Positions 29,038-38,589 of a stretch of 64,000 bases of DNA are shown piece after piece. The translations under genes were made by a program, and so were the position numbers. The notes below the pieces were generated by a model. The model was given only the letters and a program-made list of their open reading frames with translations. It was not told the DNA's origin and ran no database searches. The DNA lies in the NCBI GenBank assembly GCA_965208675.1, contig OZ242351.1:256001-320000 (forward strand), given 5' to 3'. Every line of letters begins with the position of its first letter. The first letter of the stretch is position 1. The DNA is from Candidatus Poribacteria bacterium. Lineage in GTDB: Bacteria; Poribacteria; WGA-4E; PCPOR2b.

Positions 29038-30819
29038 CTAAAACACATGACCGATTCCGTAGGTGATTACAGGCTTGAGCGAGAATTTCCCGGTAATGTC
29101 CAGCGGATACGCTAAATCTAATCGATAAACGCGAGATTCGGTCAACTTGGGGAGGCTAAACCTTAAACCGAATCCGATGCTCCGCTTTGGCGCCCGCAGG
29201 TTGAACGCCGCTCCATTCCAGACGTACCCTACATCTGCAAAAATAGCCGATCCAAGCACAATCAGCGGCTCCACCTTTTTGAATATTCCGCCTCTAAAGA
29301 TAGTTCTGCTTTCGAGATTCAATAGCATCTTTTTCTCGCCGCTAAACGCCCAACTGCTATAGCCGCGCAGCCCGCTCGTACCGCCGAGAATCACCTGCCG
29401 CCGACCGCCGAGGTCGAATCCCATCACTGTTGAGATTTGCGCGACAAGCGTCTGATACAGCAAATCCTTGCATGTCGTTTTAATTTTCGCCGTTAAAACC
29501 GAGTCGCCAAGCTGTTCTGTTAATCGCGTAGCCAATTCAGTATGCGCATTCAGAAAAAGGAAATCTTGATGCGCCCGAGATTGCGCGAGTCTCACACTTA
29601 AGTTTGTCTGTGTCCGGTCCGAATCGAACAGTGGCGAGGCATGACCAATCGAGACACCGTACCTATATCCGACTTCAAAATCTTCGACGCGTCCCATCTG
29701 ATTCAGGAAACGGGTGCGAATAAAATCAACATGCCTCCGTCCTAACGTTATCCCTACGATTTTTAAATTTCGATTCTCAAAATTGGCATCAGATGGTGCA
29801 ATTTTCTCAATTAGATTAAAGTCGGATTTCTGAGAGGATGCCCAGAGGGAAACCTGCGTTTGCTTGTGACGGCTGCCAAAGTAATGCGTGGCTCTGGCGG
29901 AATGGATTTGCTGGCTGCGCGTAAACGTATCGGTTTTCGCTCCGTTCTCATACCACCGAATTTCATCAATCGACTCGGATAACGTAAAATCGGCGCTCCA
30001 TCGGGTTTTCAGGGAGTATTGCGGGCGTTTCAACCGAACCTGCCACGAATCCCCTTCCCGTTTCTGCGTAAATTGTCCATCAAATTCCCAGTAAGAATCG
30101 AACATGCGCGATGCTGTATAACGGCTTCTGATTAAACTGCGCGGCTCTTCGCCTTCCTCGCGGATCAGCTGGTAACGAATCCGTCCCCTATTCCCGGATC
30201 CGAACAAGTTTGAATCCGAAAGCATGATTAACAGATTGGAACTATCTTTGTTAAATGCGGGTAAATCTAACGCGGGTATAAATGACCATAGATCGGCGAC
30301 TTCAACCTGAATCCAGACAAGCTGCGTTTCCGCATCTCGGCTGGCTACAATCTCGGCTTTTCCTAGATACGGCTTTCGGCGAAGGATACGCTCACTTTCC
30401 AATTCATCCTCCACCGTGTACGTATCGCCGACCTGGAAGAGAAGTTCTCGTTGAATCACGTGATCATTCGATCGTGTGTTGCCCGTCACGGTAATTTTCC
30501 CGATTTTTCCTTCGTCAATGGGAATACGTAGGTAAACACCATCAGAGAACCGTTTGATGGCTACCTGTTCTTCATCAATGCGTGCGAATTGAAATCCATT
30601 ACTCTGATAAAACACCACAATCTGTTCGAGGTCTTGTTTTAGATTTCCCGCGTCGTAATCCGCCCCAATCTGGCTGTGCATCACATCACTAATCTGATCT
30701 TCTGTATACGTCTCATTCCCGACAAGGACAATATTGCGGATGAGATCGGAATTTGCATATAGGATTTTGGGAAACACAGCGGTTATGACAATTAATGCGA
30801 GAAGTTCAAATAGCTTCAT
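29038..30819 (-). CDS. Omp85 (BamA/TamA-like) outer-membrane protein with about two POTRA domains
   Basis: Signal peptide at MKLFELL; POTRA-like IVLVGN..YQSNGF and IDEGKIGKITVTGNTRS..VIQREL; loop motif LRGY; C-terminal ITYGIGHVF. Confidence 0.85.
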   Translation of the reverse strand: MKLFELLALIVITAVFPKILYANSDLIRNIVLVGNETYTEDQISDVMHSQIGADYDAGNLKQDLEQIVVFYQSNGFQFARIDEEQVAIKRFSDGVYLRIPIDEGKIGKITVTGNTRSNDHVIQRELLFQVGDTYTVEDELESERILRRKPYLGKAEIVASRDAETQLVWIQVEVADLWSFIPALDLPAFNKDSSNLLIMLSDSNLFGSGNRGRIRYQLIREEGEEPRSLIRSRYTASRMFDSYWEFDGQFTQKREGDSWQVRLKRPQYSLKTRWSADFTLSESIDEIRWYENGAKTDTFTRSQQIHSARATHYFGSRHKQTQVSLWASSQKSDFNLIEKIAPSDANFENRNLKIVGITLGRRHVDFIRTRFLNQMGRVEDFEVGYRYGVSIGHASPLFDSDRTQTNLSVRLAQSRAHQDFLFLNAHTELATRLTEQLGDSVLTAKIKTTCKDLLYQTLVAQISTVMGFDLGGRRQVILGGTSGLRGYSSWAFSGEKKMLLNLESRTIFRGGIFKKVEPLIVLGSAIFADVGYVWNGAAFNLRAPKRSIGFGLRFSLPKLTESRVYRLDLAYPLDITGKFSLKPVITYGIGHVF

Positions 30820-30856
30820 CGGCGAGTTTAATCGTGAATTGACGCACCGCGCAATC

Positions 30857-32992
30857 CTAGAATCTACTAGAGGTATGTCTGGCTTGGACAGTGTCATTGG
30901 AGATTGCCCGTTTGTGATTGGATAGGATGGTTTCAACCAACATGAGAACAAGGGCGATTAGCAGCAGTTCACCCCAAATCTCTTTACCGACTCGATAGTC
31001 TTTGAGCGTTTGCCTCAACGACTCTTGGGTTGCCGAGGTGTCTCCCATGGCACCAATTCGTTTGGATGCATCTCGAATCGGTATCTGCCGAAGACGCGAT
31101 TCTGTTGGATCGACGTTGACCGCAAAAAAATCACGTATCCGCCTATTGTTGCCCTCGATTTCAACCTGATAAATCCCTGGCGTATCTGTACCGCCAAAAA
31201 TCAGCGTTCCATCTTCCGCAATTGGTACCGGCGTGGTTTTCGTTTCACCTGCACGTCCCACTGAAGCAGTCGCCGCAACCCCTTGCCGGTAACCTGCTGC
31301 CAAAGGTTGCCCGACAAGCAGAGATTTGTGCGGGGCTGATTGAACTGCCTTCGCGTAAAGCACAGTTTGCTGTAACAACGGCAAAAATAGGGGGTTGACA
31401 AGCAATGTAGAAGCTTTTCTGTCGGTTGCCGAAACATTAAACAGCAGCGCAGTCCCTAACGCAATTGGACGTTCGATAAGAAAGGGTGTTGCATCGCTAA
31501 ATTGCGCGATTATTTTCCCTTGTTCGCCAGGCTGTAGCGTTAAACCGCTAATAAATTGTGGGGCGTATTCGCCGGAAAAATCGCTTGGTTGATAAACTTC
31601 AAAAATGGCGTGATCCAAATGGCTTCCCGATACCGTTAGCGGAGTGTCCCACGGGCGCGGCGGACCAAAACTTGCTGGAAGCCAGTCAGCAAACTCATTG
31701 TAGGTCGCTAGGTCGAGGTCAGCATTGACAAAAATGATTACACTCTTTCCGGCACGCATAAACGATTGGAGCTGCTGCCGCGCAGACGGTGAAAGCGTAG
31801 GCAAGTCCGCCAAAATTAGAACATCATAGTCGTCTAGCGGGTAATCGTCAAACGCCTTAACTGAACAACTTGTGGGCAGAATCGTATAATCCACGCCCGG
31901 CTTGAGTTGGGCGTCGGGATTCAATGCAAGGGTTAAATATAGTGTCTCATCCCCCACGCAAAGCACACGAATTTGACCGTAGGCGCGAAGCGCAAAATAG
32001 CGGCGATTATCGGCGGTCAATCGATCCGCCGACAATTCAATATAACCCGTGTTGGTACTAGGAGATTTAAAACGATGCGTAAACGTCGCTTTGGCCGACT
32101 GATGTAATGCCGCTTCAGATTGATCGCCTTGATTAATCTTCAAGTCTGGACTGATGGTTTGCCGCTTTTCACCGTTAATGAAAAGTGTCAAAATCGTTTC
32201 AGTCAACGACCCGTCAGAATGAACGCCGACTTTAGTATTCAGTTGAAACGGGCGATTTATACCAATTAGTTGGGTAGATTCGCCAAGTTCTTCAATACTA
32301 GTGTTATCTCCAGCTTCCTCCCCGACGGGAAGTAGAAAAATCCGCGCACCTGATCGATTGGGCACGCGAACCCAGTTGTCCCAGCCATTCTGATTAAAAT
32401 CGGAAATGAGGTAAATCTCCTTATGCCGATCGATTGACTGTTCGAGAATATCATGCGCCATTTCGAGGCTGGACGGTACGTACGTCGAGCGAAACGAAAC
32501 CTGAGCTTCGTCAATGGCGGACTTTACCTGTACAAGATCTTTTGTTAATTGCCGGAATATGGGGTTGGGAATGTCAGACATCAATATGAGAGCTGCACTG
32601 TCGCCGCGTGGGAGCAATTGGACGACTTCGCGCGCCATCGCCTTCGCCGTTTCAAACCGTTCTCCCTGAATGCCTTTATACCCCATGCTATAAGAGTTAT
32701 CTAGTATGATGACGTTGCTTGCGTTCGCTCTGGCGTCCGCGAGGAGAAACGGACTCTTGAGCAATGGCCGAGCCAGGGCGAAAGCAATAAGTATGATTAT
32801 CGCCATGCGGAGCAACAGAATCAAGAGATGTTTAAGTTGAATACGTCGAACGCTTTGTCGATGCGCGGCCAACAAAAACATCAAGCTGCTAAAATCCACT
32901 GTCTTTGCTTGTCGGCGGCTCCACAAATGGATAATCAGTGGCACGGCAGCAGCAAGCATTCCAAGCAGAAAAATCGGGTTAAGAAATCCCAC
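30857..32992 (-). CDS. BatA N-terminal double-TM plus VWA domain protein
   Basis: FLNPIFLLG..VPLIIHL..FSSLMFL, MIDAS DNSYSM, ISDF, FAVNVDPTES, C-terminal TM with VETILS. Confidence 0.88.
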   Translation of the reverse strand: MGFLNPIFLLGMLAAAVPLIIHLWSRRQAKTVDFSSLMFLLAAHRQSVRRIQLKHLLILLLRMAIIILIAFALARPLLKSPFLLADARANASNVIILDNSYSMGYKGIQGERFETAKAMAREVVQLLPRGDSAALILMSDIPNPIFRQLTKDLVQVKSAIDEAQVSFRSTYVPSSLEMAHDILEQSIDRHKEIYLISDFNQNGWDNWVRVPNRSGARIFLLPVGEEAGDNTSIEELGESTQLIGINRPFQLNTKVGVHSDGSLTETILTLFINGEKRQTISPDLKINQGDQSEAALHQSAKATFTHRFKSPSTNTGYIELSADRLTADNRRYFALRAYGQIRVLCVGDETLYLTLALNPDAQLKPGVDYTILPTSCSVKAFDDYPLDDYDVLILADLPTLSPSARQQLQSFMRAGKSVIIFVNADLDLATYNEFADWLPASFGPPRPWDTPLTVSGSHLDHAIFEVYQPSDFSGEYAPQFISGLTLQPGEQGKIIAQFSDATPFLIERPIALGTALLFNVSATDRKASTLLVNPLFLPLLQQTVLYAKAVQSAPHKSLLVGQPLAAGYRQGVAATASVGRAGETKTTPVPIAEDGTLIFGGTDTPGIYQVEIEGNNRRIRDFFAVNVDPTESRLRQIPIRDASKRIGAMGDTSATQESLRQTLKDYRVGKEIWGELLLIALVLMLVETILSNHKRAISNDTVQARHTSSRF

Positions 32993-33218
32993 AGTTTCTC
33001 TCTTCTCTATGAATTACGGCGATTAAACCAAAATGCGCCTAACCTCAAATTATAGTTTAAACACTGATCGAAATTCAAGGCGAAAATAGGTGCCAATTCG
33101 CCGACTAAATGGGACCGAAGGTCAGTGGCAACAGACGATTGGGGATTCAAAATAGGCGGCGATTGATCGCATTCTACCGCTGGCGGTTTAGCGTCAGCTA
33201 AATGACTGTATTTTGTTG

Positions 33219-33247
33219 TTGCTTCTGCACGCCGTTTATGATATATT
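33219..33247 (+). promoter_or_regulatory. sigma70-like promoter of the propeller array
   Basis: TTGCTT-N17-TATATT with extended TG. Confidence 0.4.
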
Positions 33248-33429
33248 GTGAATTATCTGCGTTTGTGCCGTGTAGCATTGCCGGTTAAAATTTTGAAAAA
33301 AGATTCGTCACTGAAGTAAATGAGAGGCAGGCGATTTAATTGATTTTTATTCACGATGCAGGACCTCCGTAGTGGTTCTCAAAAAAGGGCAAGACATTAC
33401 GGAAGTTGAAATCCGAAAGGAGTTTCGCG

Positions 33430-34446
33430 ATGCGGATGAAATACACAACGGCCCTGTACATGGTAACGCTCATCTCTGCAGCGTTATTTTACGGAATGAT
33501 GCTAAGCGAAGTGCTTGCAGAGGCGCCCAAGGATGAACTGATTGCGTTCTCGACAAATCCAGTTCAGGAGAGTGGTATCTGGTTGATGGATCCTGATGGT
33601 AAGAACCAACGTGCACTTTTAGTAATTGAGGGGAAACCAGTGCCGCTCGGGTTGGTTTGGTCGCTAGACGGAACCCGGATTGCATTTCACACAGAAATAA
33701 ATGAAAACATTGATGTTTATGTAGTTGATGCTAATGGTCAAAATCTTTTGCAGCTCACCAATCATGAGGCGGAAGATAGCTGGCCAACATGGCATCCGGG
33801 CGGTCAGAAACTCGCCTTTTGCTCCAACCGCGATGGTAATTATGAAATTTATGCGGTCACATTGGCTGGACAAGGATTGGTCAACCTCACCAACGACCCC
33901 GTTAGGGACAGAGAGCCGGCATGGTCCCCAGATGGCCGAAAGATTGCCTTCGCTTCCAAGCGAGGCAAGAGCCTAGGAGATATCTGGGTGATGGACAATC
34001 ATGGCGGCAACCTTCAAAATCTTACAAATGTCCGTGGTCAAGACTTACAACCTAGATGGTCGACGGACGGTGAGAAGGTTGGGTGGACCTCGCGTCGTGA
34101 CGGCTCGGAGGAGATTTGGGCAATGGACGCAGATGGTGCCAACGAGTTGAAAGTCAGCAGCAAGCAAGACCCAAATCCCGGCGGCAGTTTCGACTGTTCA
34201 GAGCCAAGTTGGAAACCCAACGGTAAAGAGATTGCGTCAACCGCGCTAGGCGGGGGTAGTGCAACTATCCGCATTCACGCTGCGAACGGTAGTCTACAGC
34301 GGTTAGACCTTACACGCCAGGGCAAGCAAAACCGTTCTCCCGCGTGGTTTGACCCAGACTTCGTAGTTGTGGAATTTTCGGTATCCCCAGCCGAGAAACA
34401 GGTTTTAACGTGGGGTTGGCTCAAGCGGATGGGGCGGGAAAATTGA
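33430..34446 (+). CDS. TolB-like PD40 beta-propeller, paralog 1
   Basis: AAGGAG SD, signal peptide, repeated P.WS.DG..IAF.S blades, tail FSVSPAEKQVLTWGWLK. Confidence 0.9.
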   Translation: MRMKYTTALYMVTLISAALFYGMMLSEVLAEAPKDELIAFSTNPVQESGIWLMDPDGKNQRALLVIEGKPVPLGLVWSLDGTRIAFHTEINENIDVYVVDANGQNLLQLTNHEAEDSWPTWHPGGQKLAFCSNRDGNYEIYAVTLAGQGLVNLTNDPVRDREPAWSPDGRKIAFASKRGKSLGDIWVMDNHGGNLQNLTNVRGQDLQPRWSTDGEKVGWTSRRDGSEEIWAMDADGANELKVSSKQDPNPGGSFDCSEPSWKPNGKEIASTALGGGSATIRIHAANGSLQRLDLTRQGKQNRSPAWFDPDFVVVEFSVSPAEKQVLTWGWLKRMGREN

Positions 34447-34510
34447 AACGCTCCCAGCCACTCAATTTTCGGCCTCCCCCTTATCAAAACTCGCTTCATG
34501 ACGCCAAGAA

Positions 34511-35572
34511 ATGAGGCGGTCTATGCGATTTAAAAACACATTGTCCATTCACATGACAGTGTTCGCTGTTGTTATTCTTGCTGGCTTTTTCACGCTGGTC
34601 GGCGCATTTGCGCAAGCACCCGATAGGGCAACTATTGCATTCTCCACCAACGACGAAGCCCAAGGCGGCATCTGGTTGGTAGACATTGATGTGCGCGGTG
34701 GACAGGGAAAAGGCGATGTGCATGTCCAAAATCAGCGCGTGCTTCTGGCAATTGACGGAAACCCTATTCCATTGGGTTTGGTGTGGTCGCCGGACGGGCG
34801 AAGAATTGCCTTCCATACGGAGATTGATGAAAATATTGATGTCTATGTGGTCGACGGCGATGGACAGAACCTGCGTCGACTCACCGACCATGAAGCGGAG
34901 GATAGTTGGCCGAGTTGGCATCCGGGCGGTGAAAAAATTGCGTTTTGCACTAACCGAGATGGGAATTTCGAAGTCTACGTGATGTCGTCAACTGGGCAGG
35001 GGTTATTCAATCTCACCAACGACCCCGCCAAGGATAGGGAACCCGACTGGTCGCGAAACGGCCGCCTAATCGCATTTGCTTCCAAGCGTGGAAAAAGCCT
35101 GGGGGATATATGGGTGATGGATAGCAGCGGCGGAAACCTGAAAAATATTACGGATGTCCGCGGTGAAGATATGCAACCTAGATGGTCATGGGACGGTCAG
35201 AAAATTGCTTGGACATCTCGCCGAAACGGGAACGATGAAGTTATGACGATGGACGCCGCGGACGGCGGCAACCTACTAAAGATTAGCGATCTCAAGGATG
35301 CAAGATCGCAGGGGCGGCCCAATCGGGAACCGAGCTGGAAACCCGACGGCAGGGCAATCGCCGCGCCTGCCCTTGGCGGTGGCAAATCGTTCATCATGAT
35401 ACATCCAGCAGATGGGAGTTTGCAATGGCAGGACCTGCCCGCTGTAGGCATTCAAAACCGTTCCCCGACATGGTTCGATCCTGAGTATGTTATAGAAGAA
35501 TTCTCCGTATCCCCCGCCGAGAAACAGGTCTCAACGTGGGGTTGGATTAAACAGACGGTACAAAACAATTAA
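34511..35572 (+). CDS. TolB-like PD40 beta-propeller, paralog 2
   Basis: Same blade motifs, tail FSVSPAEKQVSTWGWIK; the start may be ATG 34523. Confidence 0.9.
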   Translation: MRRSMRFKNTLSIHMTVFAVVILAGFFTLVGAFAQAPDRATIAFSTNDEAQGGIWLVDIDVRGGQGKGDVHVQNQRVLLAIDGNPIPLGLVWSPDGRRIAFHTEIDENIDVYVVDGDGQNLRRLTDHEAEDSWPSWHPGGEKIAFCTNRDGNFEVYVMSSTGQGLFNLTNDPAKDREPDWSRNGRLIAFASKRGKSLGDIWVMDSSGGNLKNITDVRGEDMQPRWSWDGQKIAWTSRRNGNDEVMTMDAADGGNLLKISDLKDARSQGRPNREPSWKPDGRAIAAPALGGGKSFIMIHPADGSLQWQDLPAVGIQNRSPTWFDPEYVIEEFSVSPAEKQVSTWGWIKQTVQNN

Positions 35573-35652
35573 CGTATTTCTCGTCATGAATGTACCTGAA
35601 AACCCTGGTCTCCAATCCGCTTAAAGGCTTGGAGTTCGAAAGGAGATTAGCT

Positions 35653-36633
35653 ATGCGCGTGGTTACATTTGTAGCTTTCGTGCTCCTTGGCGGCATGTTA
35701 GCAAACGTGGAGTCGGCAGAAGCACCCAAAGAAGAGACGATGGCGTTTTCCACCAATCACGTTGGGGAAGGCGGCATCTGGTTAATGGACCCTGACGGGG
35801 GTAACCAACGCCCGTTTCTGGCAATAGGCGGGAACCCAATCCCGCTGGGTTTAGTGTGGTCTTCTGACGGCAGCAAAATTGCCTTCCATACGGAAATAAA
35901 TAAAAATATAGACATCTATGTGGTTGATGCCGACGGGCAAAATCTTCGGCAACTCACCGACCATGAGGCAGAGGATAGTTGGCCGACCTGGCACCCCGCC
36001 GGTCAAAAACTTGCCTTTTGCACCAACCGAGATGGGAATTTTGAAATCTATTCGGTCACGTTGATCGGGCAGGCATTGAAAAACCTCACTAATGATGCGG
36101 TTAAGGACAGGGAACCAGCGTGGTCCCCAGATGGTCGTCAGATTGCTTTCGCTTCCAAGCGAGGCAAAAGCCTTGGGGATATATGGGTGATGGATAACAG
36201 TGGCGGAAACCTGAAAAACCTTACAGACGTTCGCGGACAGGACACAGAACCTAGATGGTCATGGGACGGTCAGAAAATAGGGTGGACCTCCCGACGAAAT
36301 GGAAACGACGAAATCTGGATTATGGACAGTGCTGATGGCGGAAATCTGTTGCAAATTTCGGACGTCAAGAACAATAGCGACCCGAATCGGGAACCGACTT
36401 GGAAACCGGATGGCAAAAAAATCGCTTCTCCGGCGCTGGGAGGTGGGTCCGCGACTATTCGCGTACACCCGACAGACGGTAGTCTAAAGTGGAATAACCT
36501 GCAACGCGTCGGCACGCAAAATCGTTCCCCAGCTTGGTTTGACCCGGACTTTGTTGAAGAATTTGCCGTATTCCCCGCCGATAAAAAAGCTTTGACTTGG
36601 GGTTGGCTAAAACAGGCGGGAAGGGAAAATTGA
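35653..36633 (+). CDS. TolB-like PD40 beta-propeller, paralog 3
   Basis: AAGGAG SD before ATG 35653, same blades, tail FAVFPADKKALTWGWLK. Confidence 0.9.
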   Translation: MRVVTFVAFVLLGGMLANVESAEAPKEETMAFSTNHVGEGGIWLMDPDGGNQRPFLAIGGNPIPLGLVWSSDGSKIAFHTEINKNIDIYVVDADGQNLRQLTDHEAEDSWPTWHPAGQKLAFCTNRDGNFEIYSVTLIGQALKNLTNDAVKDREPAWSPDGRQIAFASKRGKSLGDIWVMDNSGGNLKNLTDVRGQDTEPRWSWDGQKIGWTSRRNGNDEIWIMDSADGGNLLQISDVKNNSDPNREPTWKPDGKKIASPALGGGSATIRVHPTDGSLKWNNLQRVGTQNRSPAWFDPDFVEEFAVFPADKKALTWGWLKQAGREN

Positions 36634-36814
36634 GTCGTATTTCGCAGTGAATTAATCAGACAATGTTCGGTCTGCCGACACCATCGTACCGCGATGATTC
36701 ACCTGCACACAATCTGTCTTTAATTGGATTGACAAGCTGTCGGCAGCTTAACGCTTGTCTTGAACTCGTTTCGAAAATGGTTAACAAGGTTGATTCACCA
36801 GAAAGAGGCTGAAC

Positions 36815-37546
36815 GTGCAAATTCTCCATCTTGAAGCGGGTACGCCGTTCAAAATGGGACAGGGGCAAAACTGGCGCGTCGTACATCCAGACATGGGTGC
36901 CAAGCAACTGACGCTAAATCACGGCGTGCATGCACCAGGGCAAGAATTTACACAACATTTCCACGACAATTCTGAGGATATGATTGTGGTTCTTGAAGGC
37001 GGAAGCAGCGTGCGCCAGGGAGATGTCTACACACCCGTTTCGGCAAGAGAAGCTATTTTTGTTCCGGTCGGCGAGGTTCACGGCACAGTCAACGATACGG
37101 GCAAAATGGCGCGCCTCATCAGTTTCCAATCTCCGCCGGACATGGCGCTATACCGCGGCGAACGCGATCACGCTCCCAATCAAATCCCTAAACCCAAACA
37201 CGGCCACCAAAGCGCCGTGCAGGTTGTCGACATGGCGCGGAGCGGCCCAGTTTTTGGAAAATCGGGCGACTGGCGTTGTGTAATCTCGCCAGAGCGAGGA
37301 TCGAAACACATCTCGCTTGAGTATATACGGCTGTCTTCGGGTGAAGGATTTGAACACGAACACGGTGCCGCAGAAGCTATTTATGTGCTGGTCGATGGCG
37401 AAGCTGAAGTCAAAGCCGGCCGCCAGACATGGAACTTGGCCGCGAAAGATGTTATTTTTCTCAAACCGGAAGAATCTTGCTCGATTTCACCGGTTATAGG
37501 CGGTCAGTTGCTTACATTGTTGCATTGTCGGGCTGTCGGTGGGTAG
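36815..37546 (+). CDS. Bicupin protein
   Basis: HFHDNSED..VLEG...GEVHG (intact metal site) and a second HEHGAAEAIYVLVDG. Confidence 0.85.
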   Translation: MQILHLEAGTPFKMGQGQNWRVVHPDMGAKQLTLNHGVHAPGQEFTQHFHDNSEDMIVVLEGGSSVRQGDVYTPVSAREAIFVPVGEVHGTVNDTGKMARLISFQSPPDMALYRGERDHAPNQIPKPKHGHQSAVQVVDMARSGPVFGKSGDWRCVISPERGSKHISLEYIRLSSGEGFEHEHGAAEAIYVLVDGEAEVKAGRQTWNLAAKDVIFLKPEESCSISPVIGGQLLTLLHCRAVGG

Positions 37547-37667
37547 TATTGTGCAGAAAAACTAAAATTTTGTGGCAAAATTTGCTTACGCCCGTGATTT
37601 GACATTGCGCCTGGACGAAAACGAGTAGCATTCAGTGGTGCTGATAACAAAAAAGGAGAAATCCAAA

Positions 37668-38432
37668 ATGCTGACAGAAGTGCAGGTGGAGGCTTATAAA
37701 CGAGATGGCCATGTCAAAGTTGAGGGTGTTTTTACTCCGGAGGAGATTGAAGAACTCAAGAGCGAGATGATTCGGATTATTGAGGAGTGGGGTGAAGAAA
37801 CCATCGGATGGCACGGTCCGTGGCGTGACCGCTATTTGCCCGAGGATGAACGCCAGAACACTAGGGCTGTTCTTCTTCATAGACCCCACTATTATTCATC
37901 GGCTTGGGGGCGTGTCCTCTTTCACCAGCGTTTAATTGGCTGCGTTCAAGCATTAATCGGTCCCAATGTCCAGTGGCATCACACATGTCTGCATGCGAAA
38001 CCGCCGGAGTTGGGTACGCCGTTCCCAATGCACCAAGATTATCCCTTTTACCCGCACGACGGTCCAGACTTCGTGGATTGCCTAGTTCACCTTGATGACA
38101 CACCGCTCGAAAGCGGCTGTCTTCGAGTGGTTCCGGGCAGTCATAAGCACGGTCCGTTGGAACACATCACAGGTTCACATACCTCACCCCATCTCCCTCC
38201 CGAAAAATACCATCCGGACTAGGTTGACTCGGTCGCTGTCCCCGCAAAGTCCGGTGACGTGATTTTCTTTAGTTACTATACGATTCACTGGTCCGGCGTC
38301 AATCGGACGCACGAATGGCGAAAGTCGGTGCGATTCGGCTATCACGCGCCCGAGATGCGCCCGGTCGGGAGTGATCCGAGCCAACCTTACGAAAATATCA
38401 TTACCGGCGGCTTTAAAGAACATAAAGCGTGA
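37668..38432 (+). pseudogene. PhyH-family dioxygenase interrupted by in-frame TAG at 38220-38222 (pseudogene, sequence error or readthrough)
   Basis: AAGGAG SD; MHQDYP and GCLRVVPGSHK precede the TAG; the same frame continues VPAKSGDVIFFSYYTIHWSGVNRTHEWRK to TGA at 38430-38432. Confidence 0.8.
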
Positions 38433-38589
38433 GTCGAAACGGCGCAATGCCGCTTATACGCTGCCCACCACCCACCACCAGTCCATATTAAAGTCGCATT
38501 TCGTTTCTGTTTGACGCGCGGCAGCACACCCCGTTAATCGTTCAGTTGAATGAAATTTCCCACGGCGTGGAACACTAAGTCGAAATCCA

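Noticed and set aside
33085-33165. SAM-I riboswitch (GGTGCCAATTC and GGCAAC present)
   Set aside because: Motifs are in the wrong order, P1/P3 pairing is absent, and the segment lies upstream of the predicted promoter.
33430-36633. Diversity-generating retroelement or Tol-Pal operon
   Set aside because: No reverse transcriptase, differences are not adenine-specific, and there are no pal or tolQRA genes.
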